A stretch of 64,000 nucleotides of DNA from an uncultured Bacilli bacterium (GTDB lineage: Bacteria > Bacillota_I > Bacilli_A > RF39 > UBA660). The notes under the pieces were generated by a model. It was not told the DNA's origin, made no database searches, and saw only the letters and a list, made by a program, of their open reading frames with translations. Position numbers and translations under genes: made by a program. How positions within the stretch are numbered: position 1 is the first letter of the stretch; the number at the start of each line of letters is the position of its first letter. Shown here one piece after another: positions 10,081-20,106 of this stretch. The stretch is from positions 3,903-67,902 of the forward strand of contig CANQON010000006.1 of NCBI GenBank assembly GCA_947625505.1, read 5' to 3'.

Positions 10081-12153
10081 ATGAAGAAGAAAAAAAAGAC
10101 ACACTATTATAAAAAATATACAGCTAATGATATTACTACTGTAATTAATAAAAGATATAAGTCATTAAGTTTCATTATTATTGTTTTATTTTCTATTTTA
10201 ACCTTATCTTTATTTTATGTTCAGATTATTAAGCATGGATATTATGCAGTTAAATTAGATGAATTAAGTAAAGTTATTGTAGAAGGAGATAGTGCTCCTA
10301 GAGGCAGAATATATGATCGTAATGGCAAGATAATTGTTGATAATAAAGCTGTTAAAACAATCTATTATAAAAAAGAATCAGGTATTACATCTAAAGAAGA
10401 AATCATTATGGCATATAAGATAGCTGAAAATATTGATATTGATTATAGTAAACTATCTGATTATAATTTAAAGAAATTTTGGGTTATTAATAATCCATTA
10501 TCAGCTGATAAAAAAATAACCGATGAAGAAAGAAAAAAGCTAGATGAAAGAAAAATTACTAATAGTGATATAGAAGAGTATAAAATAGATCGTGTAACAG
10601 AAAAAGATTTAGCAGATTATAAAGATATTGATAAAGAAGCTGCTTATATTTATTATTTAATGAATAATGGCTATTACTATGCTGAAAAAACAATTAAGAA
10701 TAAAGATGTAACAGATGAAGAATATGCTTTTATAGCAGCTAATGAAGAAGAATTTAAAGGTTTTGGTACTAAATTAGATTGGGAAAGATACTATCCATAT
10801 GGTGATACTTTTAGAACTATTTTAGGGAATGTATCAACTAGTAGTAGTGGACTTCCCTTAGAACTTAAAGACTCTTATTTAGCTATTGGTTATAGTTTAT
10901 CTGATCGTGTAGGTACAAGTTATTTAGAATATCAATATGAAAGTATTTTAAGAGGTACTAAAACGAAATATACTTTAGATAATGATGGTAATTATGTTAT
11001 CTTAGAGGAAGGCCAAAGAGGTAATGATATAGTATTAAGTATCGATATTGAACTACAAAAAGAAGTAGAAAAAATAGTTGAACAAGAACTTTTATATACT
11101 AAACAAAAAGAAAAATATACACAATACTTTGATAGAGCCTTTGTTGTCATAAGTGATCCTAATACAGGTGAGATTTTAGCAATGGTAGGTAAACAAATAG
11201 GTAAAGAAAATGGTGAATATAAGATATATGATTATTCGGTAGGTGTTATTAATGCTTCTATAACACCAGGTTCTTCCGTTAAAGCAGCATCCCATATGGT
11301 AGGATATACAACAGGTAGTTTAAAAATAGGGGAAGTAAGAAGTGATGCTTGTATTAAAATAGCCGCAACACCTCTAAAATGTTCTTTAGTACGTTATGGA
11401 AAATTAAACGATCTTAATGCTTTAGCGTATTCATCAAATACTTATCAGTATCAAACAGCTATAAAAGTAGGTAAAGGTACTTATCGTTATAATAAACCTT
11501 TAAAATTAGATCCTAATGCTTTTAATATTTATCGTAATATGTTTGCTCAGTTTGGATTAGGGGTTAAAACAGGTATTGATTTACCTAATGAAAGATTAGG
11601 TTATATGGGATCAGGAACAGCTCCAGGTTTACTACTTGATTTCTCTATTGGACAATATGATAACTATACACCAATTCAAATGTCTCAATATATCAATACG
11701 GTTGCTAATAACGGATCACGTATGAAACCAACATTATTAAAGAAAGTGTATGCTCCAACTAAAGATGGCTTAACGGATTTAATTTATACTAATACGCCAA
11801 TCGTACTTAATAAAGTAAATGCAGAAGATAAATATTTTAGTCGTGTTAAAGAAGGATTAAGATTAGTATTTACTAAAGGAACAGGTAAAGGATATATAAA
11901 TAGTAAGAATAAGCCTGCAGGTAAAACAGGTACTAGTCAAAGTTTTGTTGATACCAATAATGATGGAAAAATAGATACAGAAACTCTTTCTACAAGTTTA
12001 GTTGCTTATGCTCCATATGATAATCCTAAGGTAACATTTACGATTATTACACCTAATGTTAGTAAAGGAAGTGCTACCTATAATCAAATGTCTAAGGTAA
12101 ATAAACGTCTAACCCAAAAAATTTCTAAAAAATACTTTGAAATTTATAAATAA
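10081..12153 (+). CDS. Class B penicillin-binding protein (PbpA/PBP2-like transpeptidase)
   Basis: TM anchor, PRGRIYDRNG, SxxK (PGSSVK), SxN (YSSNT), KTG (GKTGT). Confidence 0.92.
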   Translation: MKKKKKTHYYKKYTANDITTVINKRYKSLSFIIIVLFSILTLSLFYVQIIKHGYYAVKLDELSKVIVEGDSAPRGRIYDRNGKIIVDNKAVKTIYYKKESGITSKEEIIMAYKIAENIDIDYSKLSDYNLKKFWVINNPLSADKKITDEERKKLDERKITNSDIEEYKIDRVTEKDLADYKDIDKEAAYIYYLMNNGYYYAEKTIKNKDVTDEEYAFIAANEEEFKGFGTKLDWERYYPYGDTFRTILGNVSTSSSGLPLELKDSYLAIGYSLSDRVGTSYLEYQYESILRGTKTKYTLDNDGNYVILEEGQRGNDIVLSIDIELQKEVEKIVEQELLYTKQKEKYTQYFDRAFVVISDPNTGEILAMVGKQIGKENGEYKIYDYSVGVINASITPGSSVKAASHMVGYTTGSLKIGEVRSDACIKIAATPLKCSLVRYGKLNDLNALAYSSNTYQYQTAIKVGKGTYRYNKPLKLDPNAFNIYRNMFAQFGLGVKTGIDLPNERLGYMGSGTAPGLLLDFSIGQYDNYTPIQMSQYINTVANNGSRMKPTLLKKVYAPTKDGLTDLIYTNTPIVLNKVNAEDKYFSRVKEGLRLVFTKGTGKGYINSKNKPAGKTGTSQSFVDTNNDGKIDTETLSTSLVAYAPYDNPKVTFTIITPNVSKGSATYNQMSKVNKRLTQKISKKYFEIYK

Positions 12154-12193
12154 TTTGCTATAATAGTAATGCGTAAAAAAAGGAGGCAAGACT

Positions 12194-12361
12194 ATGGCAA
12201 AAAAGGGAGAAGCTAGACAAAGAATAACGCTTCAATGTACAGTATGTAAATCAGAGAACAAACGTACTGAAAAGAATAAGAGAAATACAACAGAACGTTT
12301 AGAGTTAAATAAATATTGTCCAAAATGTAGAAAAGTAACAGTTCATAAAGAGGAAAAATAA
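12194..12361 (+). CDS. rpmG: 50S ribosomal protein L33, zinc-binding form (not in ORF track)
   Basis: [55 protein letters not shown]; SD AGGAGG. Confidence 0.95.
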   Translation: MAKKGEARQRITLQCTVCKSENKRTEKNKRNTTERLELNKYCPKCRKVTVHKEEK

Positions 12362-12363
12362 AA

Positions 12364-12582
12364 TTGTTAAGACATCTACATACATTTATTAACTACTCTA
12401 AACTAATTGAAATGCAGGCTAACCAAGTTGCCTTTGGTCCTGTTATTAATAAAAAAGCTACTTTAAAACGTGAAAACTATCGCTTTAAAGTAAAAACAAT
12501 GTGTTATAAACCTAGATATAAAACACATGATACAAGACATAATAAGGAACGTAAAAACCTTATTTTTTGTAGAGAGGAGTGA
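12364..12582 (+). CDS. Small basic hypothetical protein between rpmG and efp
   Basis: 72 aa ORF fills the whole gap; TTG start 2 nt after the rpmG stop; its end overlaps the efp SD. Confidence 0.5.
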   Translation: MLRHLHTFINYSKLIEMQANQVAFGPVINKKATLKRENYRFKVKTMCYKPRYKTHDTRHNKERKNLIFCREE

Positions 12583-12587
12583 GCTAA

Positions 12588-13145
12588 ATGATTAACGTTA
12601 ATGATATTAAAAACGGTATGACTATTTTATTTGAAGATAATATATATACAGTATTAGAGTTCTCACACGTTAAACCAGGTAAGGGTGCTGCCTTTGTTCA
12701 AGCTAAGTTAAAAAACTTAAGAACGGGTTCTATTATTGAAAAAAGATTCAATAGTGGTATGAAATTAGAAAAAGCCATGATTGAAAAGAAAAATATGCAA
12801 TACTTATATGAAGCAAGTGGCGTATATACATTCATGGATACAAATACTTATGAACAATTAGAACTTACTGAAGATCATTTAGGTAATGATAAATATTATT
12901 TAAAAGATGGTTTAGAGGTAATGGTATCAATTTATCAAGGAGAAGTATTAGGAGTTATTTTACCAGAAAAAGTAGAGTTAAAGATTATTGCTACAGAACC
13001 TGCTGTAAAAGGAAATACAACTAATAATGCACAAAAAGATGCTACTGTAGAAACAGGATTAATGGTAAGAGTTCCATTATTTATTGAACAAGATGAAGTT
13101 ATTCTTGTTAATACTAAAGATGGATCATATGCATCACGTGCTTAA
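12588..13145 (+). CDS. efp: Elongation factor P
   Basis: HVKPGKGAAFV, TEPAVKGNT, VRVPLFI, Y.SRA C-terminus. Confidence 0.97.
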   Translation: MINVNDIKNGMTILFEDNIYTVLEFSHVKPGKGAAFVQAKLKNLRTGSIIEKRFNSGMKLEKAMIEKKNMQYLYEASGVYTFMDTNTYEQLELTEDHLGNDKYYLKDGLEVMVSIYQGEVLGVILPEKVELKIIATEPAVKGNTTNNAQKDATVETGLMVRVPLFIEQDEVILVNTKDGSYASRA

Positions 13146-13164
13146 GAGGGAAACCTCTTTTTTT
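13144..13164 (+). terminator. Rho-independent terminator
   Basis: AAGAGG-GAAA-CCTCTT then T run. Confidence 0.75.
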
Positions 13165-13243
13165 ATTACTCTGTATTAACGAAAAGATTTATTGTATTAA
13201 CTCCTAAAATATAGTAAAATAGATTATAGATAATGGAGGATAT

Positions 13244-14428
13244 ATGAAAAAAAATATTAGAGATTTCGATTTAAATAATAAGAGAGTTATCATTAGAGTA
13301 GACTTTAATGTTCCAATAAAAGATGGTGTTATAACCGATGATAATCGTATACGTGAGAGTTTAAAAACAATTAATTATGCTATTAGTAATGGTGCTAAAG
13401 TAATTTTAATGTCCCATTTAGGAAGAGTAAAAACAGAAGAAGATAAAGAAAAAAATACTTTAAAACCTGTAGCTGATAGATTAAGTGAATTATTAGGTAA
13501 AAAAGTTGTATTTGTAGGTGAAACAAGTGGAGCTATCCTAGAAGAAGCTATCTATAACTTACAAAATGGGGATGTATTATTAATGGAGAATACCCGTTAT
13601 GAAGATTTAGATGGTAAAAAAGAAAGTGGTAATGATCCTGAATTAGGTGCTTATTGGGCATCTTTAGGAGATATTTATATAAATGATGCCTTTGGTACAG
13701 CGCATCGTGCTCATGCTTCTAATGTTGGAATAGCTAGTCATCTAGATAATGGTATAGGGTTCTTAATTGAAAAAGAATTAGATAATTTAGATAAAGCAGT
13801 TAATGATCCTGTAAGACCTTTCACAGTAATATTAGGAGGAGCTAAAGTAAGTGATAAAATAGGTGTTATTACAAACTTAGTAGAAAAAGCTGATTATATC
13901 TTAATTGGTGGAGGAATGATGTTTACTTTCTTAAAGGCTCAAGGATATGAAATAGGCTCATCATTATTAGATGAAGAAAGCCTTGATTTCTGTAAAGAAA
14001 TGTTAGATAAATATCCTAATAAAATTATTCTACCTGTCGATTGTGTTTGTACTAATGAAATAAGTGATAATGGAGAATATCGTGCTGCTAGAATTAGTGA
14101 TATACATAAAGATGAAATAGGTGCTGATATATGTCTTCAAACTATCGAACTATTTAAATCATATTTACAAAATAGTAAAACAATCGTATGGAATGGACCA
14201 TTAGGAGCTTTTGAATATGATAAATTTAGTCAAGGTACTAAAGATATACTTGCTGCATTAGCTAATTTAGATGCTACAGTAATTATTGGTGGAGGAGATA
14301 CTGCTTCTTCTGCTATTAATTTTGGTTATAAAGATTCATTTACTCATATATCAACAGGTGGAGGCGCTTCATTAGAGTTATTAGAAGGAAAAGAGCTACC
14401 AGGTATAGCTATTATAAATGACAAATAA
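13244..14428 (+). CDS. pgk: Phosphoglycerate kinase
   Basis: RVDFNVP, SHLGR, NDAFGTAHRAHAS, GGAKVSDK, WNGPLG, STGGGASLE. Confidence 0.97.
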   Translation: MKKNIRDFDLNNKRVIIRVDFNVPIKDGVITDDNRIRESLKTINYAISNGAKVILMSHLGRVKTEEDKEKNTLKPVADRLSELLGKKVVFVGETSGAILEEAIYNLQNGDVLLMENTRYEDLDGKKESGNDPELGAYWASLGDIYINDAFGTAHRAHASNVGIASHLDNGIGFLIEKELDNLDKAVNDPVRPFTVILGGAKVSDKIGVITNLVEKADYILIGGGMMFTFLKAQGYEIGSSLLDEESLDFCKEMLDKYPNKIILPVDCVCTNEISDNGEYRAARISDIHKDEIGADICLQTIELFKSYLQNSKTIVWNGPLGAFEYDKFSQGTKDILAALANLDATVIIGGGDTASSAINFGYKDSFTHISTGGGASLELLEGKELPGIAIINDK

Positions 14429-15447
14429 TGAAAAACTTTCTAAATAAAAATAAAGGAAAAATAAATATTATTGTCTTAGTTATTATTACAGGGATAGTAT
14501 TATATTTTTCTTTAAAAGATGAATTTAACGAAATAGTTAATCAGATATTAAATATTAATATAGGATATCTATGTTTAGCTTTTTTGGCAGTAATATCTTA
14601 TTGGTTATTACGCTCTTTAGCGTTACATAAATTTACTAAGAAGATAAAAGGTAATAATAAGTATTCTAGTTCTTTTCAGTTAATGCTAAGAACACAATTT
14701 TTTAATGCTATTACACCTTTTTCAACAGGAGGACAACCATATCAAATATATTACTTAAAACAAGAAGGAGTTAGTACTACTTTAGCGACAAGTATTATTA
14801 TTCAAAACTTTATTGTTTATCAAATAGCTTTAGTATTACTTGGAATAATTGCTGTATGTTCTAATTTTGCTTTTCATATGTTTGATAAGGTAAGTTTACT
14901 ACAACATCTAGTCTTAATAGGTTTTATAACTAATACATTAGTTATTATTGTTATGTTTATCGTTTCTTTTAGTCATAAACTTAATAAAAAACTAATATCT
15001 TTAGGTATTACAATCTTAACGAAGTTACATTTAGTTAAAGATCGTGAACAAAAGTTAAAAGAATGGTATGCTTATATTGAAAGATTTCATGAAGGTGCCA
15101 AAGTATTATTAGAGAATAAATGGGAGTTTTTTAAGAATATTGTTTATAATATTATTGCTTTAGTAGCTTTATATTCTATTCCTGTAATTTTACTTTATTC
15201 TATGGGAGACTATACTAGTTTTAATCTTTTAGAAGCGATTGCTACTAGTGCATATGTTATGTTAATAGGATCTTTTGTTCCTATTCCAGGCGCTAGTGGA
15301 GGATTAGAATTTGGCTTTATCTCTTTCTATGGTAATTTTATTGGAGGAGCTAAATTAAAAGCTATTATGTTATTATGGCGTTTTGTAACTTACTATTTTG
15401 GTTTAATAGTAGGTGCTGTAGCATTAAATATTAAGAGGGTGAAATAA
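14428..15447 (+). CDS. Lysylphosphatidylglycerol synthase TM / UPF0104 flippase-like membrane protein
   Basis: FFNAITPFSTGGQP, PIPGASGGLEFGF, LLWRFVTYY. Confidence 0.85.
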   Translation: MKNFLNKNKGKINIIVLVIITGIVLYFSLKDEFNEIVNQILNINIGYLCLAFLAVISYWLLRSLALHKFTKKIKGNNKYSSSFQLMLRTQFFNAITPFSTGGQPYQIYYLKQEGVSTTLATSIIIQNFIVYQIALVLLGIIAVCSNFAFHMFDKVSLLQHLVLIGFITNTLVIIVMFIVSFSHKLNKKLISLGITILTKLHLVKDREQKLKEWYAYIERFHEGAKVLLENKWEFFKNIVYNIIALVALYSIPVILLYSMGDYTSFNLLEAIATSAYVMLIGSFVPIPGASGGLEFGFISFYGNFIGGAKLKAIMLLWRFVTYYFGLIVGAVALNIKRVK

Positions 15448-16694
15448 TGCGTATAGGTATTTTTACGGATACATATCCTCCATTCGTTAATGGAGTATCA
15501 ACAAGTATTTTAATGCTTGAAAGAGCGCTTCGTAAATTAGGACATGAAGTATTTATTGTTACTGTTAATCCTGATACGATGCATTATAATTTTGATGAAG
15601 ATAATCATATTATTAGATTACCTGGTATTCCTGTAGGTATTTATGATTATCGCTTGACAGGTATATATCCTTTAAAAGCTATTAATCGTATTAAAGAATG
15701 GGATTTAGATATTATTCATTCCCATACTGAATTTGGTGTAGGTACTTTTGCGCGTATTATGGCAAAACAACTAGATATTCCTATTGTTCATACTTATCAT
15801 ACTATGTATGAAGATTATGTTCATTATATTACCCATGGATATTTTGATAGTGCTAGTAAAAAACTAGTAGAATACTTAACTAAGTTTTATTGTGATAAAA
15901 CAGTAACAGAATTAATTGTACCTACTAAGAAAACATATGATTTATTTAAAGAAAAGTATGAATATGATCGTAATGTTCATATTGTTCCTACAGGTATTGA
16001 AGTTGAAAGATTCTATCGTGAGAATAATGATGAAAAAGAAACAGATAAACTACGTAAGTTATTAGGGTTAAAGAAAGACGATTTTGTAGTATTATTTGTA
16101 GGACGTTTAGCCCAGGAAAAGAATGTTCCTTTCTTAATTGAGAATCATGCTAAAATAGTTAAAGATAATAAGAAATGTAAATTGCTTATTATTGGAGATG
16201 GACCTGATGCTGATAGTTTTAGAAAACAAGTAAAAGAATTAGGTGTTAATAATTCTGTTATTTTTACAGGTAAGATTCCTTTAGAAGAAATTCATAAATA
16301 CTATCAATTAGGTACTGTCTTTGTAACAGCATCTAATACGGAAACACAAGGATTAACATTATTAGAAGCTATGGCTGCTTCTATACCTGTTGTAGCCTTA
16401 GATGATGAAGCATTCCAAGATGCTATTGTCGATGAATTAAATGGCTTTTTATTCCATAATAATGATGAATATTGTGAAGCTATTTTAAAACTGATGAAAG
16501 ATAAAAAGTTATATAATCAAATGTGTAGACAAGCTAAGATTAATGCTGAAGCACATTCATCTAAATATTATGCTGAAAAGGTATTAGATGTTTATTATAT
16601 GGCTTTAGGTGGAAAACCTAGTGATGATAGACCTAAAAGAACTTTTACAACAAAGATGAAAGATGTTATTAAAAGGGGGCTAAAAAATGACTAA
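15447..16694 (+). CDS. GT4 glycosyltransferase, monoglycosyldiacylglycerol synthase-like
   Basis: MRIGIFTDTYPPFVNGV, HTYHTMYEDY, GRLAQEKN, ETQGLTLLEAMA. Confidence 0.88.
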   Translation: MRIGIFTDTYPPFVNGVSTSILMLERALRKLGHEVFIVTVNPDTMHYNFDEDNHIIRLPGIPVGIYDYRLTGIYPLKAINRIKEWDLDIIHSHTEFGVGTFARIMAKQLDIPIVHTYHTMYEDYVHYITHGYFDSASKKLVEYLTKFYCDKTVTELIVPTKKTYDLFKEKYEYDRNVHIVPTGIEVERFYRENNDEKETDKLRKLLGLKKDDFVVLFVGRLAQEKNVPFLIENHAKIVKDNKKCKLLIIGDGPDADSFRKQVKELGVNNSVIFTGKIPLEEIHKYYQLGTVFVTASNTETQGLTLLEAMAASIPVVALDDEAFQDAIVDELNGFLFHNNDEYCEAILKLMKDKKLYNQMCRQAKINAEAHSSKYYAEKVLDVYYMALGGKPSDDRPKRTFTTKMKDVIKRGLKND

Positions 16695-17400
16695 AAAACT
16701 TGTTGTTGGCAATATGAAAATGAATTTAACTTTAGATGAAGTTAAAGATTATATAAGTAAAATGCAAGATTATAAAGACTGTGTTATATGTCCTAGTTAT
16801 TTATATCTTCCATATTTTATTGATGCTGACTTCCTAGTAGGTGCTCAAAACTTATCTTTATATGAAAAGGGCGCTTATACAGGAGAAGTATCAGCCATTC
16901 AAGCATCATCTATTGGTGTTGATTATGCTATTATTGGTCATAGCGAAAGACGATTATTTATTCATGAAGATGATTTAATTGTTAATGCTAAAGTTAAAAG
17001 AGCGCTATCTAGTAAACTTAAAGTTATTCTATGTGTTGGAGAAACACGTGAAGAAAAAAATTTAGGTATTACTAAAGATAAAATAGAAAAACAACTATTA
17101 GATGATTTGGTAGATATTCCCAAAGAAGATATTAGTGATGTTTTAATAGCTTATGAACCTATATGGGCTATAGGTACAGGAGAAGTACCACTTAATGAAG
17201 AAATACATGATATTGTTTCATTTATTAAGAAGACAGTAAAAAAAGAATTTCATTATACTCCTAAAGTATTATATGGTGGAAGTACTAATGAAAAGAACAT
17301 TGAAGAACTTAATACAATTGATAATGTTGATGGTTTTCTAGTTGGTGGAGCTTGTCTAGTTCCTGATAAATTTATTAAAATAATAGAGACCGTTAAATAA
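16687..17400 (+). CDS. tpiA: Triosephosphate isomerase
   Basis: GNMKMN, IGHSERR, AYEPIWAIGTG, LYGGS, GFLVGGA. Confidence 0.96.
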   Translation: MTKKLVVGNMKMNLTLDEVKDYISKMQDYKDCVICPSYLYLPYFIDADFLVGAQNLSLYEKGAYTGEVSAIQASSIGVDYAIIGHSERRLFIHEDDLIVNAKVKRALSSKLKVILCVGETREEKNLGITKDKIEKQLLDDLVDIPKEDISDVLIAYEPIWAIGTGEVPLNEEIHDIVSFIKKTVKKEFHYTPKVLYGGSTNEKNIEELNTIDNVDGFLVGGACLVPDKFIKIIETVK

Positions 17401-17414
17401 TGGTCTTTTTTTTA

Positions 17415-17464
17415 TTCGACATTTTTCGATAACAATCGATAAAGCACCCTAGTATCATTATAAT
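17415..17464 (+). promoter_or_regulatory. spo0A promoter with three tandem 0A boxes
   Basis: TTCGACA (17415, perfect reverse complement of TGTCGAA), TTCGATA (17425), ATCGATA (17435); TATAAT at 17459-17464. Confidence 0.7.
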
Positions 17465-17491
17465 TGCGTAAAAAGAATAAGGAGATGACAT

Positions 17492-18253
17492 ATGAAAAAT
17501 ATCAGAGTTTTAATGATAGATGATAATGAAAATTTAATAGCTGCTGTTAAAGAGTATTTTAGTAAAAGACCTAATATTGATGTTGTTCTAGAAGCTCATA
17601 ATGGTATTGAAGGATACAATATAATTAAAAATAGAGTTGATGATTATGATATTATTGTTTTAGATTTAATAATGCCCGAAAAAGATGGATTATACGTATT
17701 AGAATGTATGAAACAAGATAATATTAATAAAAAGATTATAGTAGCGACTAGTTATAATACAATGGAAGTTATTCGTGAAGTATCCGATTATGGAGTTAAT
17801 TATTATATATTAAAACCTTTTGATTTATCTGATTTAGAGAAAAGAATATTAGATATAACTAATAGAGAATATAGTAATAAAGTTATTGATATGGAAAATA
17901 GTAATATTCAAAGTTCTATATCGAAAATACTACATGAATTAGGTATACCTTCCCATATTAAAGGCTATCAATATATTAGAGAAGGCATAAATATTCTTTA
18001 TGATCGACCTGAAACAGTAGGAGGAATAACTAAAGAATTATATCCTGAATTAGCTAGTAAATTTGATACTACGGTATCAAGAGTCGAAAGAGCCATAAGA
18101 CATGCGATAGAAGTTAGTTGGAATAGGGGGAGTTGGGATTTAATGGAAGAAATATTTGGACATAGTGTTGATGTTGATAAAGCTAAACCTACTAATAGTG
18201 AATTTATTGTAACTATTGCTGATAAGTTAAGACTTGACTATCATCGTATATAA
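17492..18253 (+). CDS. spo0A: Sporulation master regulator Spo0A
   Basis: Receiver domain (IDD, LDLIMP, KPF) plus GIPSHIKGYQY, TKELYP, SRVERAIRHAIEVSW, KPTNSEFI. Confidence 0.96.
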   Translation: MKNIRVLMIDDNENLIAAVKEYFSKRPNIDVVLEAHNGIEGYNIIKNRVDDYDIIVLDLIMPEKDGLYVLECMKQDNINKKIIVATSYNTMEVIREVSDYGVNYYILKPFDLSDLEKRILDITNREYSNKVIDMENSNIQSSISKILHELGIPSHIKGYQYIREGINILYDRPETVGGITKELYPELASKFDTTVSRVERAIRHAIEVSWNRGSWDLMEEIFGHSVDVDKAKPTNSEFIVTIADKLRLDYHRI

Positions 18254-18276
18254 AAAATAACCCTAAGGTTATTTTT
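18253..18276. terminator. Bidirectional terminator
   Basis: AAAAATAACC-CTAA-GGTTATTTTT between convergent genes. Confidence 0.7.
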
Positions 18277-19171
18277 CTTTTGTATATTGTGATACTATAC
18301 CTAATGTTTCATAGCTAAATATTTCAAATTCATCACGAGCTATATCATTTTTAATATAAGTATTATTATCATCTTTAGTAATTAAGTCAATTGTATAATT
18401 AACAACATCAGTACTAGGATAAGGAATATCACTAGTCTTTTTTCTTTTACGCATTAAAACACAAGGTAGTTCTTCACTAGCATATGCTAACCAATATTTT
18501 TTAAAGAAGTTAACGATAATATCTCTTTCCTCATCTGTTAAGTTTTGAGTATCACATAGCTTTTGGATACTTTCATTAGCTCTAAATAAATTACGATCTA
18601 AGAAGACATTTAAATATTCAGGTTTATTTTCTACAAACTTACGATAAAAAGTAGGGGATGATAATCCATAATAAGGAGATGTTTTAAGATTACTAGCAAA
18701 GAAAACACCTGTATTGCCATTAAACATACCAAAGATATTTCTCTTTAAAACTCTAATAACTTCTTTTATTTCATTAACATCCCAAGGCTTATTATCTAAT
18801 TTTATGCCTTCAGCATCGATATCTTTGACAAAGACACTATTTAAAGTATGGAAGTTATATCCATTAAACCAATTATTTGTTATATGTTTAAAAGTATCTT
18901 CACTAATTCCATAAGTATTAAAATAATTGGTTACAATATATTGGATAGCGCCATTATAAATATTTGTATTATCATTAATAATAGTGCGATTACGATTATT
19001 AATGATTAACTGGATAAAATAGTTTATATCATCAATAGATTCAGCATCATGCGTTATTATTCTTCTAGTTAAAAGAAGAGATAAAAGATTCGTATATTCA
19101 TAGTTAGATAATTGATATTGTTTCTTTACAATACTTAGATATTCTTTTGTTTCATTACTAAATTCAAACAT
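18269..19171 (-). CDS. Hypothetical protein, possible ADP-ribosyltransferase-like fold
   Basis: 300 aa ORF with SD-like AAGGAAGTGA; FHTLNS..VKDIDAEGI and GVFFAS...SPYYG motifs. Confidence 0.55.
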   Translation of the reverse strand: MFEFSNETKEYLSIVKKQYQLSNYEYTNLLSLLLTRRIITHDAESIDDINYFIQLIINNRNRTIINDNTNIYNGAIQYIVTNYFNTYGISEDTFKHITNNWFNGYNFHTLNSVFVKDIDAEGIKLDNKPWDVNEIKEVIRVLKRNIFGMFNGNTGVFFASNLKTSPYYGLSSPTFYRKFVENKPEYLNVFLDRNLFRANESIQKLCDTQNLTDEERDIIVNFFKKYWLAYASEELPCVLMRKRKKTSDIPYPSTDVVNYTIDLITKDDNNTYIKNDIARDEFEIFSYETLGIVSQYTKEK

Positions 19172-19182
19172 AGTTCACTTCC

Positions 19183-20046
19183 TTACTTATATAATATACG
19201 ATATAAATTAAATGATGGTTTATTAAATAAACGTAATTTAATATTATTAGTACCTATACCGCTTGATATATATAAATCGGTTTTTTTGATTTTATAATAG
19301 GTATCTATATATTCATTATCTTTTTCAGGTATTAGTAATTGTCTTATACCTGGAATATTTATTTGCCCTTTATGCGTATGTCCTGCTAATAAAAGATTAT
19401 AATTATCAACATTTATCTTTTTACTAAGACTAGGTTCATGCATAATTAAAATATTATATTTAGTTTCATTTGTGGATATTGCTTTATCAATATTCATGAT
19501 TTTTTCTTCAATATCTATTTTATCATTACGCGTAGATAATCCTCCAATAAGAATAGCTTCATAGTCGTTATTATAAATAATTTCATAAGTATTATCTAAT
19601 AATTTAAAGTCAGTCTTATCAATTATCTGTTTAAATTCTTCACGTTTATAATCATGATCTCCTGTAATAATATATTTATAATTACTATTAATTAAATTAA
19701 GTGTATCGGAAATATCAATTATATCTTTATCTGTATATTGGATATCTTTATCTAATAGGTCGCCTGATATAATAACGATATTAGGCTTGCTTTTATTAAG
19801 TTTTTTAATAATATTTGTTAATTCTTCTTTATTTGTTATTTCTCCATAATGTATATCACTTAAATGCGCAATGGTATATCCATAAAAAGAACTAGGAACT
19901 TTACTATTAATAACATTATATTCATTTACATTAATACCTGTTGTTCCTACATAACGAGCACAGGTATAACATAGAGTAATAATTAAGATTAGGCTAATTA
20001 ATATTTTTAACCAAAGGAAATGATGTCCTTTTTTTTCTTCTTCCAT
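19183..20046 (-). CDS. Membrane-anchored metallophosphoesterase (YkuE-like)
   Basis: LSDIH, SGDLLD, GDHD, MHEP, AGHTHKGQ, SSGIG. Confidence 0.88.
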   Translation of the reverse strand: MEEEKKGHHFLWLKILISLILIITLCYTCARYVGTTGINVNEYNVINSKVPSSFYGYTIAHLSDIHYGEITNKEELTNIIKKLNKSKPNIVIISGDLLDKDIQYTDKDIIDISDTLNLINSNYKYIITGDHDYKREEFKQIIDKTDFKLLDNTYEIIYNNDYEAILIGGLSTRNDKIDIEEKIMNIDKAISTNETKYNILIMHEPSLSKKINVDNYNLLLAGHTHKGQINIPGIRQLLIPEKDNEYIDTYYKIKKTDLYISSGIGTNNIKLRLFNKPSFNLYRILYK

Positions 20047-20106
20047 GTATTATCACCTATTATCATTTTAGCATATTCATTACAAAAAAAGAAGAATTAT
20101 TCTTCT

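Noticed and set aside
19183-20046. Metallophosphoesterase GNH motif reads GDH
   Set aside because: Single conservative change with all other metal ligands intact; not enough to call it inactive
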